From the NCBI GenBank assembly GCA_044222185.1, contig JBGANV010000005.1, positions 160,001 through 224,000 of the forward strand: 64,000 bases of DNA, given 5' to 3'. Below the pieces are notes generated by a model, which saw nothing but the letters and a program-made list of their open reading frames with translations, was not told where the DNA came from and ran no database searches. Shown in pieces: positions 48,510-59,200 of the stretch; positions within the stretch are counted from its first letter, which is position 1, and each line of letters starts with the position of its first letter. The stretch is from Planctomycetota bacterium. Lineage in GTDB: Bacteria; Planctomycetota; GCA-002687715; CAIWVZ01. The position numbers and the translations under genes are program-made.

Positions 48510-49021
48510 CGCTCGACGCGCGGCGCGGTGAGTCTCGGCGCCGATGTCAGGCCGACATTCTCGGCGTTCGGTCGTCCCGCGCAACGTCCAAGCGGCTTGA
48601 TGCCCGTCCGAGAAACGAAACGAGGGGCGAACGGAGCCACCGTCGAATGAACGCAGCCTCGAGCCGATACCCCGGCCCGCCGGTCGCGATCCAGACCCGC
48701 GGTGCGCTCCCACGGCCTCGGTTCCCCCCGGGCTTCATGCCCGACGATCGCGCCGATCGTGCGATTCCGCCCTGGCGAGGGTGTGCGCGCGGACCGCCTG
48801 GCGATTCCACCGTCACCGCGGCGCCCATGGCGGCCCGCATCCGGGTCGGTGCACGAGACTCGACGGAGTTCCGGTAGGATCCACGGCGCCGCCATGAAGC
48901 CCTTCCCCACCTGCCGCTTCGCGCCTCGACCGTGGGAGTGCATCGGTCTTGCCACCGACCGCCGACGCCGGAGTTGCGGAGCGCCGGATCGAAGGCACTT
49001 CGGGATCGATCGGAGCCTTCG

Positions 49022-50713
49022 ATGAACTCACCGTCACGACGCGACCGACTACGGACCAAGAGCATCCCTGCCGCGGCGACGGCCTGCGTCGTATCCATCC
49101 TCGCCATGATGGCGCCGGCCCAGGACCTTCTCCGACCACGCATCTCGGCAACGCTCGTGGGCGGGGCGCGGACGTTCGCCACGTCCGGGGATTTCACCAA
49201 TGATGGGTTGCCCGACCTCATCCTGTTCGGTGCGAACGTCGGTCCCGAACTCGTCGCGAACCCAGGCCTCGCCACCAGCCAGCAACTCGCGGCGGCACAG
49301 GCGATCTTTCCAGGGCTTTCCGGATTCGCGGCCGCGATCACGCAGGTCTCGGCCGCCCGGCTGGACGGCGACCCGAATCTCGACCTCCTGTTCGTCGGCG
49401 CCGACATCAACGGGTCGGGCACGACCGTGTGGACCGCACTCGGGAACGGCGACGGCACCTTCCAGGCGCCGCAGTTCGCGTTCGCCGTGTCGGCGGGGCT
49501 CGCCACCGGGACCGCCGGCTTCGACGTCTTCGACTTCGACCGCGACGGCCGCGATGACGTCCTCGAGCACGTGCGGATCCCCATCACGGTGGGCGGCGAC
49601 TTGATGCTGTGGCGGATCCGAATGAACAGCTGGCCGGTCTTCTCCGCCGGGACGGTGTTCCAAACCACAGGCTTCGGCATTCCCGCGATGGGAGACTTCA
49701 ACGGCGATGGCGTCCCCGACTTCGTGCGCGCTCCGCAAAACACCCTCGGGGCGCCGTTCCTCGCGGTCTACTCGGTCACCGCTTCCGGCAACTTCGTGAA
49801 CTGGCCGCCGATTGGCGTCCCGGCGGCCGTGCAGCTGGACGATGCGGGGCGCGTCACCGTGGGCGATGTGAACGCCGACGGCTTCTCCGACGTGGTGTTC
49901 GCCGCGACGGCTCCGCCTTTGGTCGGCCCCGCGATCTGCTTTGGAAACGCGGCCGGTCTGGGCCCCGCCCAGTGGACCTCGTCGGTCCTACCGCCGGGAG
50001 CATCGCTGGCATCGGCTCAGGTCGTCGACTGCGACGGCGATGGGATCTCGGACGTCCTCATGACCACTCGAACGCCGCAGTCGCCCGCGGGAGGCGTCGG
50101 CCCGACCGTCGACGGCGTGTCGTTCCTCCGCGGCTTGGGATCGGGGGTGCTTCAAGCACCGCCACATCGGCTGGCAGCCGACGCACTCGTGCCGGTCGGC
50201 TCCGTGACGCAAACGGCCATCGGAGACTTCGACTCCGACGGCGACGTCGAAATCGTCACCATCAGGCGAACGGTCGGAGCGGCGAACCCGACCACGACAC
50301 TCGTCGTGTTCGACGATCACAGCTTCGACGCTCGCGGTTGCTCCGGTGGGGCGGGCCTGCCGACGCTCGATGCAACGACGCCGTCGCTCGGGAATCTCGC
50401 GTTCGAGGTCGTCGTCACCGGGGCCCCGCTTCGACCGACGGTCCTCGGCCTGTCGCGTGCGTCGACGTCCGGGATCGGTTGCGGGATCGGGCTGAGCCTC
50501 GCGGTGCCGGACATCATCCTGCCGATCGGCGTGCTCGGGACATCGACGACGGACGGCGCCGGCCGGGCGTCGTTTCCGCTGCCGATCCCGAACCTGCCCC
50601 AGCTCGCCGCGAGCTACTTCCTGCAGGCGGCGATCGAAGACCCGACAGGCACGTTCCCCGCGGGCGGAGCGAGTCTCGCCTTGACTCGCACACGCCAGCT
50701 CCTGGTGTTCTGA
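49022..50713 (+). CDS. Secreted FG-GAP/VCBS repeat protein with C-terminal domain
   Basis: Signal peptide; GDFTNDGLPD, DFDRDGRDD, GDFNGDGVPD, GDVNADGFSD and similar. Confidence 0.85.
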   Translation: MNSPSRRDRLRTKSIPAAATACVVSILAMMAPAQDLLRPRISATLVGGARTFATSGDFTNDGLPDLILFGANVGPELVANPGLATSQQLAAAQAIFPGLSGFAAAITQVSAARLDGDPNLDLLFVGADINGSGTTVWTALGNGDGTFQAPQFAFAVSAGLATGTAGFDVFDFDRDGRDDVLEHVRIPITVGGDLMLWRIRMNSWPVFSAGTVFQTTGFGIPAMGDFNGDGVPDFVRAPQNTLGAPFLAVYSVTASGNFVNWPPIGVPAAVQLDDAGRVTVGDVNADGFSDVVFAATAPPLVGPAICFGNAAGLGPAQWTSSVLPPGASLASAQVVDCDGDGISDVLMTTRTPQSPAGGVGPTVDGVSFLRGLGSGVLQAPPHRLAADALVPVGSVTQTAIGDFDSDGDVEIVTIRRTVGAANPTTTLVVFDDHSFDARGCSGGAGLPTLDATTPSLGNLAFEVVVTGAPLRPTVLGLSRASTSGIGCGIGLSLAVPDIILPIGVLGTSTTDGAGRASFPLPIPNLPQLAASYFLQAAIEDPTGTFPAGGASLALTRTRQLLVF

Positions 50714-50777
50714 TCGCAGAGCCGCGGGCGCAGCATCCGCGCCGTCGAGGACCAGCCGGTGAATCCTGACGCGCGCG

Positions 50778-51443
50778 TCAAGACGAAGGCTGGTCGCGTC
50801 GCGCGGCCATGGGTGCAGGCGAACGTCGATGCGGCCCTCCAGGCTCCGGCGCGCAGCGGCGGGCGGTCAGATGCCATCCATAGGCGAACGTGGGCCGGTG
50901 AAGCGGTGCCATCGCGCGCGTGAGCGCCGTCGCGAGCCGCCTGATCGTCGGATGCCGCGCGAGCCACGAGTACGTCTCGCCGATCAGGGAAACTTCGCCC
51001 ACGTCGAATCCGGCGGCCTCGACGTGTGCGATGAACGCCGCGCGCGTGAACCGCTGCACGTGAGGCACGGGCTCGCCCTTCGTGACGCGAAAGACCAGCT
51101 TCCAGAGCTTGTACACGTTGTCGGAGAACGACCACCCGTTCGGCACGGCGACGACGAGCCAGCCGCCCGGCCGGATCACTCGCGCGGCCTCCGCAAGCAG
51201 CCGCTCCGGCGCGTGAACGTGCTCGAGGACGTGGTTGCAGACAACTCCGTCGAACGCGGCATCGGTGAACGGGAGCGCGCGACCGTCCAGCTCGGCGACG
51301 ACCCGGTGAGGTGCCGTTCCGCGTCTCGGGTCACGATCGACGGCCACGTGGAGCGACGGGGCCAGCGATTCGATGGTCCGCGACGACGCCGGATCGAGCG
51401 TGCTCCCAGGCCCCGCACCAAGATCGAGGACGCGCTCCCTCAT
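50778..51443 (-). CDS. Class I SAM-dependent methyltransferase (type 11-like)
   Basis: VLDLGAGPG, LPFTDAAFD, HVLEHV, RVIRPGG..VPN; ATGA overlap with the kinase. Confidence 0.88.
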   Translation of the reverse strand: MRERVLDLGAGPGSTLDPASSRTIESLAPSLHVAVDRDPRRGTAPHRVVAELDGRALPFTDAAFDGVVCNHVLEHVHAPERLLAEAARVIRPGGWLVVAVPNGWSFSDNVYKLWKLVFRVTKGEPVPHVQRFTRAAFIAHVEAAGFDVGEVSLIGETYSWLARHPTIRRLATALTRAMAPLHRPTFAYGWHLTARRCAPEPGGPHRRSPAPMAARRDQPSS

Positions 51444-54400
51444 CGGCGTGATTCGGCAATCTGTCCCAGAGCGCGATGGCGCACCTGTTCCCAGAACGTG
51501 ATCCACTCCTTGCGCTCGGCCGCGGGCAGCGCGGTCTGGAACACCGGGTCGCGGACGGGGGCAAGATCCGAGCACTCGAGCCATCCCGCCAGACGGGTCT
51601 TCTCGTCGCCGTTGCCGCTGGCGCCGTTCGGCGGCGTCGCACCGAGGTCCTCGCGGAGCCATTCGAGCGCGCGACGGCGCCAGCGCTCGCGCTCGGCGTC
51701 ACCAAGATCGACCGCATCGCCAGTGCGGCCGACGGCCGCCTGCAGCGCCACGCACGCCGCACCGAATGCGTTGTGCTCGCCGGGGCGGTTGAATGCGTCC
51801 GGATCGGATTCGGACATCGCTTCGAACCAACGGGCGGCGAGCACCTGTCGGTTGCGCACGAGCGCAATTCGAATGAACGCCTTGCACTCGAGAGGATCCT
51901 CGGAGGGTGGAATCGATCCCGCCACGCCGTCGAAGCGCTCTTCGAGCTTGAGGACCTCCTCGCACTCGCGAATCCACTGATCCGACGGGTAATCCCACCC
52001 GTCAGCGCGGGCGACTCCGAGTTCGTGCCCGTGCTTCAGCGCGTCCAGGGCCTCCTTGAACCGACCCAGTGCCTGGAGGCCGAGTCCGAGGTTGCACCAG
52101 GCCTTGGCGTGCGTCTTGTCGCAGGTCGTAGCGATCTTGAGCTCCTCGACGGCCTCGTCGACCTGGCCACGAACATGCAGCGCGTTCCCAAGCTGGTAGT
52201 GCGCCGATGCCGACTTGGGGTCCACGCGAACCGCCTCGCGCAGCACGCCGACGGCGGCCGAGACGTCGCCAACCTCGGAGAGGGCGCGCGCCTGATCGAG
52301 CATGAATGCGGTCGTCGACGGGTCGAGTTCCGCGGCTCGTCGAAACTCGGGTAGCGCCTCTTCCGTCCGCCCCATCGAGCAGAGCACGATCCCGAGGTTC
52401 CGGTGCGACATGGGCATGTTGGGGTCGATCTCGATCACCTTCTTGAAGATCGCCAGAGCCTCCTCGTACTTCTGCTGTGAATGAAGGGTCGTCGCCAGGT
52501 TGTTCAGGGCGAAGGTGTTCCTCGGATCGATCTGCAAGGACTTTCGAAGCGCCTCGGCGCCCTCCTCCGTCTTCCCGAACATCACGAGACTCGCACCGAG
52601 GTTCGCCCAGGCGGCCGTGGCGCGTGGTCCCGCCTCGACCGCCTTTCGAGCGTAGTCGACGCCCTCCGCGACGTGACCCTGCTCCGTGAGGAAACCCGCG
52701 AAGTTCGTCAGCAGCATCTCGTCGTGCGGGTTGTCGCGCAGGGCCTGCTCGAACAGCGCGCGGTTGCGCGCCGCGAGTTTCGGGTCGCGCAGTTGGCTCA
52801 GGGCCCACGCGGCGCGGATCGCGATGGAGCGAGAGGCTGGGAATAGCGCGGCGGCCGCATCCATCGTCTCCAGGAGGACACCGCGGTCGCGCACGTGGCC
52901 CGCCGCGTGGATGCGCAGGTCGTAGAGATTCACGCGAGGATGCGGTGAAAGGAGGATCGCCTGTGTCGCGTGGTGTACCGCGCGACGGAAACCGGCGGTC
53001 TCCCCAGCCTCGCCGCTATTCAGCGCTCGCTGGGCGAGCAACAGGTGGTCGAGGAGGTTCCGCGGCTCCGGCGCGCCAGCGAGCTCCGCCGCGGCCTCCT
53101 CCTTCCGTCCGAGGCGAAACAGAGCATCGGACCGCAACGAGTGCCAGGCCGTCCCGCGACCGAGCACGTCGCCTGAGGCGTCGACGCGGGCCAGCGCCTC
53201 GCCCGCCCGTCCACTCCTCAGGTGAGCCATCACGACGCCGGCGGCGGCCTCGGGCGAGCCGCCCTCCATCGAGAGCACTTCCTCGAACAGAGTCAGTGCC
53301 CGCTCGGGGCTGCCTTCGGCGACCTCGAACGAGGCGCGGGCCAGAAGCTCATCCTTCGCCTCCGCCAGCTCCGCGACACGCGCGACTTCGACCTGCCGTC
53401 GGTTCTTCAGGTGGACGGCGGTCAGCGCCGCGATCGTCGGAAGCGCAACCAGCAGCACGCCCAGCAGCGCCGCCTTCACGGGTTCGCGACGCGCCCAGCG
53501 CAGGGCACGGCCCAGTGGCCCCACGGGCCGTGCGCGGATCGGTCGCGACTCCAGGACCCGACGCAGGTCGTCCGCCAGGTCGGCGGCGGTCTGGTATCGG
53601 CGGTCCCGGTCCTTCGACAACGCGGTCGCGAGAACGATCTGGAGGTCACGCGGGCAACTCCGGTTGAAGCGCCGCGCGTCCACGGGCTCCTTGCCTACGA
53701 TCGCCTGGTAGAGCCCCTCGCGCGTCGGGGCGTCGAACGGACGCCGCAAGGTCACCGCCTCGTACATCGTGACCCCGAGCGACCAGACGTCCGTACGGCG
53801 GTCGAGGCGGATCCGATGCGCCACGATCTGTTCCGGCGACATGTACGCCGGCGTTCCGAAGAAGTCCCCCGTCTTCGTGAGGGTCGGTGAATCGCTCTCG
53901 ACTTCCCGCGCGAGACCGAAGTCGAGGATGACCGGATCACCGTCGACGGTCACCATGACGTTGCCCGGTTTCACGTCGCGGTGGATGATGCCCACCTCAT
54001 GCGCCGCGTGGAGTGCTCGCGCGCACTTCTCGAAGAGGCGGATGACGCGTCCTACCTGCTGCTGCGTCACCGACGCTGGCGCGAGCCCCACGGCTCCACG
54101 GGGCTCCATCTGGGTCCGATCGCTCGCGTCGCCGAGAGCCACGCACGTCACGCTCGCGTCGGCCGACGCGGCTTCGCGTGCGACGGAGATCTTCTTCGCG
54201 AGCGTCTCACCTTCCACGAGCCCCATGGCGATGAACGGAACCCCAGCCGCCATCCCCGTGTCGTAGATGGTGCAGATCCCGGGATGCGCGAGGCGGGATG
54301 CGACCTCGGCCTCACGGCGGAATCGCTCGATGGCGGCGATGTCGGCGAGCCCGACTCCGGTGAGAACCTTCAGGGCGACCTTGCGGCGTAGGCGCGAGTC

Positions 54401-54688
54401 CTCGGCGAGGTAGACCGTGCCTTGTCCTCCGCTGCCGAGCGTGGAGAGGATCCGGTAGGGCCCGATGTGCGTCGCCGACGCCGGGTGGGAGTCGATCGGA
54501 CGCGCGGGAACGGCGCCCAGGCCCTCGCCGCGCACGGCGAAGTACTCGCGAGCGACGTCGACCTCGTCGTTGGGGAACAGCCGCAAGTACTCCCACAACG
54601 GGCGGAGGCAGTCTCCGGCCATGTCGGCCTGGAGTTGCTCCCGGAGGGCTTCGGCCTCGGACCCGGATTGACTGCTCTCGATTGCCAT
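51440..54688 (-). CDS. Hanks-type Ser/Thr kinase with TM segment and TPR repeats
   Basis: LGSGGQG, VALK, HRDVKPGN, DFGLA, GTPAYMSPEQ, DVWSLG; TM; multiple TPRs. Confidence 0.95.
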   Translation of the reverse strand: MAIESSQSGSEAEALREQLQADMAGDCLRPLWEYLRLFPNDEVDVAREYFAVRGEGLGAVPARPIDSHPASATHIGPYRILSTLGSGGQGTVYLAEDSRLRRKVALKVLTGVGLADIAAIERFRREAEVASRLAHPGICTIYDTGMAAGVPFIAMGLVEGETLAKKISVAREAASADASVTCVALGDASDRTQMEPRGAVGLAPASVTQQQVGRVIRLFEKCARALHAAHEVGIIHRDVKPGNVMVTVDGDPVILDFGLAREVESDSPTLTKTGDFFGTPAYMSPEQIVAHRIRLDRRTDVWSLGVTMYEAVTLRRPFDAPTREGLYQAIVGKEPVDARRFNRSCPRDLQIVLATALSKDRDRRYQTAADLADDLRRVLESRPIRARPVGPLGRALRWARREPVKAALLGVLLVALPTIAALTAVHLKNRRQVEVARVAELAEAKDELLARASFEVAEGSPERALTLFEEVLSMEGGSPEAAAGVVMAHLRSGRAGEALARVDASGDVLGRGTAWHSLRSDALFRLGRKEEAAAELAGAPEPRNLLDHLLLAQRALNSGEAGETAGFRRAVHHATQAILLSPHPRVNLYDLRIHAAGHVRDRGVLLETMDAAAALFPASRSIAIRAAWALSQLRDPKLAARNRALFEQALRDNPHDEMLLTNFAGFLTEQGHVAEGVDYARKAVEAGPRATAAWANLGASLVMFGKTEEGAEALRKSLQIDPRNTFALNNLATTLHSQQKYEEALAIFKKVIEIDPNMPMSHRNLGIVLCSMGRTEEALPEFRRAAELDPSTTAFMLDQARALSEVGDVSAAVGVLREAVRVDPKSASAHYQLGNALHVRGQVDEAVEELKIATTCDKTHAKAWCNLGLGLQALGRFKEALDALKHGHELGVARADGWDYPSDQWIRECEEVLKLEERFDGVAGSIPPSEDPLECKAFIRIALVRNRQVLAARWFEAMSESDPDAFNRPGEHNAFGAACVALQAAVGRTGDAVDLGDAERERWRRRALEWLREDLGATPPNGASGNGDEKTRLAGWLECSDLAPVRDPVFQTALPAAERKEWITFWEQVRHRALGQIAESRR

Positions 54689-54771
54689 GTGGTCCCCGCG
54701 TCAACGCACGAGGCCAAGAGAGTAATCGCGACGAGGGCTCGGCACCACGCAGAGGCGCACGGGAGCCGCAG

Positions 54772-56247
54772 TCAGGCGATGAGATCCTCGACGACCCGGC
54801 CCGACACGTCCGTCAAGCGGTAGTCACGGCCCTGGTGGCGGTACACGAGTTTCTTGTGATCCAGGCCCAGGAGGTGAAGCATCGTCGCGTGCAGGTCGTG
54901 CGCGTCCACCGGGTTCTCGACGATGTTGTAGGAGTAGTCGTCCGTCTTGCCGTAGGTGATCCCGCGCTTCATCCCGCCGCCGGCGAGCCAGACGGTGAAA
55001 CATCGGGGATGGTGGTCGCGCCCGTAGTTCGTGGGAGTGAGCGTCCCCTGGCTGTAGACGGTGCGGCCGAACTCGCCTGCCCACAGTACGAGCGTGTCCT
55101 CCAACAGTCCTCGACGGGCGAGATCCGTGATGAGCGCGGACTGCGCCTGATCGACGGCACTCGTCTGTGCCTTGATCTCGCGCGGCAGGTTGTTGTGGGC
55201 ATCCCATCCACGCATGTACAGCTGGATGAACCGTACCCCGCGCTCCGCGAGCCGCCGCGCGAGGAGGCAGTTCGCGGCGAACGACCCGGGCTTCGTGACG
55301 TCGGGGCCGTAGAGCGCCAGGGTCTCCGGCGTCTCCTTCGACAGGTCGGTGAGCTCGGGCACCGACATCTGCATCCGATAGGCGAGCTCGTATTGGGAGA
55401 TCCGCGTGCTGATCTCGGGATCCAGCGTGCGGGCCTGCTCCTGCGCATTCAGGTCGGCCACCAGGTCGAGCATGCGCCGGCGGTCTTCACGTGTGACGCC
55501 GTTCGGATCGGAGAGATAGAGGACCGGGTCACCAGCCGAACGAAGTTTGCATCCCTGGTGCTGGCTCGAGAGGAACCCGCTTCCCCAGAACCTGGCGGAG
55601 AGGGCTTGCATGTTCCCCAAGCCTTGCGTGATGAGCACCACGAACGTCGGCAGGTTCTCGTTGGCGCTGCCGAGCCCGTAGCTCACCCACGACCCGAACG
55701 ATGGTCGGCCCGGCTGCTCGTTGCCCGTCTGGAAGAACGTGATCGCCGGTTCGTGGTTGATCGCGTCCGTGTGCATCGAGTGGATGAAGCACAGCTCCTT
55801 CGCGACCTTCGCGGTATGCGGGAGAAGCTCGCTGATCCAGACTCCGTCCTGAGCGTTGTCGTACCGCTCGAATTTGAAGATCGACGGGGCGATCGGGAAC
55901 CGTGACTGCCCGCTCGTCATGCCCGTGAGGCGCTGCCCCTGACGAATCGAGTCGGGCAGGTCTTCGTCGTAGCGCTTCTTCAACTCAGGCTTGTAGTCGA
56001 AGAGATCGAGCTGGCTCGGCGCACCCTCCATGTGGAGGTAGATCACGCGTTTGGCCTTGGCCGCGAGCGACCGCGGCAGACCCGGAGGCACGGCGGCCGC
56101 GACAGCCCGAGCCGGCGCGGCTTTCGCCAGCAGCGAAGCGAGCGCCACCGATCCCAGGCATCCGCCGATGGAACGCGCGGCAGTCCCGAAGAAGCGGCGG
56201 CGCGTCATGCCGAGCGCGAACTCGTCCATCGGGTCGGTGGGGTTCAT
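54772..56247 (-). CDS. DUF1501 domain protein (Tat-exported)
   Basis: TRRRFF Tat motif; AKRVIYLHMEGAPSQLDLFDYKP, GVRFIQ, WDAH, GEFGRT, GRDHHP. Confidence 0.93.
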   Translation of the reverse strand: MNPTDPMDEFALGMTRRRFFGTAARSIGGCLGSVALASLLAKAAPARAVAAAVPPGLPRSLAAKAKRVIYLHMEGAPSQLDLFDYKPELKKRYDEDLPDSIRQGQRLTGMTSGQSRFPIAPSIFKFERYDNAQDGVWISELLPHTAKVAKELCFIHSMHTDAINHEPAITFFQTGNEQPGRPSFGSWVSYGLGSANENLPTFVVLITQGLGNMQALSARFWGSGFLSSQHQGCKLRSAGDPVLYLSDPNGVTREDRRRMLDLVADLNAQEQARTLDPEISTRISQYELAYRMQMSVPELTDLSKETPETLALYGPDVTKPGSFAANCLLARRLAERGVRFIQLYMRGWDAHNNLPREIKAQTSAVDQAQSALITDLARRGLLEDTLVLWAGEFGRTVYSQGTLTPTNYGRDHHPRCFTVWLAGGGMKRGITYGKTDDYSYNIVENPVDAHDLHATMLHLLGLDHKKLVYRHQGRDYRLTDVSGRVVEDLIA

Positions 56248-59200
56248 AGATTCGTCGTCGTCCGGTAGAGGTTGAGCTCGGCGCTCGCCACCATGGTCCA
56301 CGCGGCGAGTTCAGCGGGGTCGACATCCGTCGCGGCCGGTGCCATGCCCACGCCGATCAATGCTGAGGCGTCCTTCGGCGACGCGCGAAACCGCCGGCGA
56401 AACCCGTCGAGGGCTTGAGCCAGCGCCGCGCGCTCGCGGGAGTCCGGCTCCGCGCCCGTGCACGACCGATGCAGCGTCGCGAGGCGCGCCTCGTCCGACG
56501 TCGCCCCTTTCAACGCACGCGCCGCGAGGACCCGCGACGCTTCGACGAATTGCGGGTCGTTCCACAACACCAGGGCCTGGAGGGGCGTGCTCGTGGAGCT
56601 CCGCCGAATGACACAGGACTCGCGCGTCGGAGCGTCGAACGTGAGGAGCGACGGCGGAGGCGCGGCGCGCTTCCAATAGGTGTAGAGGCTGCGCCGCCAG
56701 AGCCCCTCCCCCGAATCCTGCTCGTAGATGCGCGTGTTGGACGCGGGCATGGCGACTTCCTGCCAAAGACCCGGCGGCTGGTAGGGCTTGACCGATGGAC
56801 CGCCGAAACGCTCCACGAGAAGGCCCGAGAGGTAGAGGGCCTGGTCTCGCAACTGCTCGGCCCCCAGCCGTCGCGCGGGGTACACCGCGAGGAGTCGGTT
56901 GTCCGGGTCGACCTCGCGCACGTCCTTCCGCACCGTCGAGGACTGCTGGTACGTGGCGCTCGTCACGATCGAACGAACGAGTTTGCGCGTATCCCAGCCG
57001 CTCTCGCGATATTCCACGGCGAGCCAGTCGAGCAGTTCGGCGTGAGTCGGCGACTCGCCCTGTGAGCCGAAGTCCTCGCTCGTTCGCACGAGTCCAGCGC
57101 CGAACAGGGCCTCCCACCATCGATTGACCGCGACGCGCGCCACGAGCGGGTTGTCCTTGGAGACGAGCCAGCGCGCGAGCGCGAGTCGGTCGACGGTCGT
57201 GCCTGCGGGGATCTTCCCCAATGCGGCGGGGATGCCTCGCGTGACCGGACGATTGCGGTCGGGCTTGTCGTACTGCCCGCGGGTGAGCACGAACGTCGCG
57301 CGGGCCATGGGAAGTTCCTTCATCACCATGGCCTTGGGGATCTTCGCCTCCGTGTCCGCGATGTCCCGGCCAAGCGCCGCGATCCGCTCCTCGCGCTCGC
57401 GGAACTCACTCGAGAACGCCACGCGCCATGCGCGGGCCATTCGCGTCGAGAGCTCTTGGGTCACTGCGAATCCCGGCAGCAGGGCCGCCGCGAGATCGTG
57501 CGGCAGCACCGCCGCCGCGGGCTTCTGGCGAAAGTAGACGCCGGCGTCCCCGCCCGTGTTCACGATCTTCATCACGAGGAAGTTCAGTCCGGGCTGGAGG
57601 TCGATCGTGGCCTGATCCTCGTCGACCTTGAGGCTGCGGTCGATGTTCTTGCCCGCGACCTCCTTGCCGTTCACGAAGAGCCGGAAGCCGTCATCGCTCC
57701 CGAGTCCCACGTCGAGCTTGCGTGCCGTCGGTGAGTAGATCTCGCGACCGAGGTACGTGGCGCCGGTGCCTCCAGCGAGACCATTGGCGACGCCATCCTC
57801 GACGTCTGGGCGGCGGGACCAGTACCGGTTCCCGAATCCGAAGTTCTTCTTGAGGTCGAGCCGCGTTGCAGTCTCCGGGCCGAAGGCACGGTCGTAGACG
57901 GAGACGTCCGAGTCCGGGGGGATCGGCCCGACGGCGTACCAGTCGCTCGTCGCGACGGGCAGCCGTGACGCGTCGGCGAGGCGCCCGAGGCTCAGGCGAA
58001 CGCGACCGAACGCGTGCTGCGCATAGATCGACTCGTATCGAATGCGGACCACGACCTGCGCCGGGCCGGCCTTCGCCAGCGGTTCGGCAGTGAGGACCAT
58101 CAATCGCCGGTTCCCGGCCTGCCGATGGGCATCGACGGCCCATCCGCGGTCCGTGTTTGCGGCGCCGCGCAACACGTTCGTGGGCCCGAAGTCACCATCA
58201 GGTTGAACCACGTCGGCCCAGATCCACTGAACGGGGATCTTGCGCGCGTGCCCCGGGTCCGCGGTCTCGGCACTCTCGACCTCGACCCCAGTGACGACGG
58301 CGTTCCCGTTTGGAGAACGACCGACGCGGCCAAAGGGAAGCGACGGATCGCCGAGCGCCTCCAAGAGCACGAGTCGCAGATCGTCACCACCCCGCGGAAC
58401 GTCGAGCGTGATCTCCTGCACGTCACGATCGGGGTTCTTGCCTGAAGCGAGGATCGAGCGATCCGGCTGGAGGGCCAGGTCCGCGCCCCCGGATGACCTC
58501 GCCGAGACGACGCGAGGCTCCTCCCACGACAACGAAAGCTCCTTTGGGAGAGCGGCGTCGAAAGCGCGGCGTTCTTCGTCGGCCTTCGGCGACGACTCCT
58601 GCTGCTTCCGTGCGAGCACCTTCACTTCGGCGCGTGCGCGGGCGATCGCCTCCGTCTGTTCGGGCCGCGGCACCGAGATGAACGGCTCGTAGGCGCGGTT
58701 CGAGTCCGGCGTCTGGCTGTAGAGGCCCGGCTCGTCCACCGAGTTGAAGAACGCGTAGAACCCGTAGAACTCGGCCTGGCTGATCGGGTCGAACTTGTGG
58801 TCGTGACAGCGGGCGCAGCCGAGCGTGAGGCCCAAGAGTGCCGACGCCGTCGTGGTCGCCCGATCGACGGCGTACTCGACGAGGTACTCCTCGGCGATGG
58901 CGCCCCCTTCATCCGTCGTCACGTGATTGCGGTTGAACCCCGAGGCGACCTTCTGATCGAGCGTGGCGCCCGGCAGCAGGTCACCCGCGATCTGCTCGAC
59001 GACGAACTGATCGAACGGCATGTTGTCGCGGAACGCGCGGAGCACCCAATCGCGCCAAGGCCATTGCTGGCGCCCGCCGTCGGTGTGGATCCCACAGGTG
59101 TCGGCGTAACGAGCCGCGTCGAGCCATGGGAGCGAGAGCCGCTCGGCCATGCGGGACCGGTACGGCTCCTCGTTCATGATGCGATCGACGCGACGCTCGA

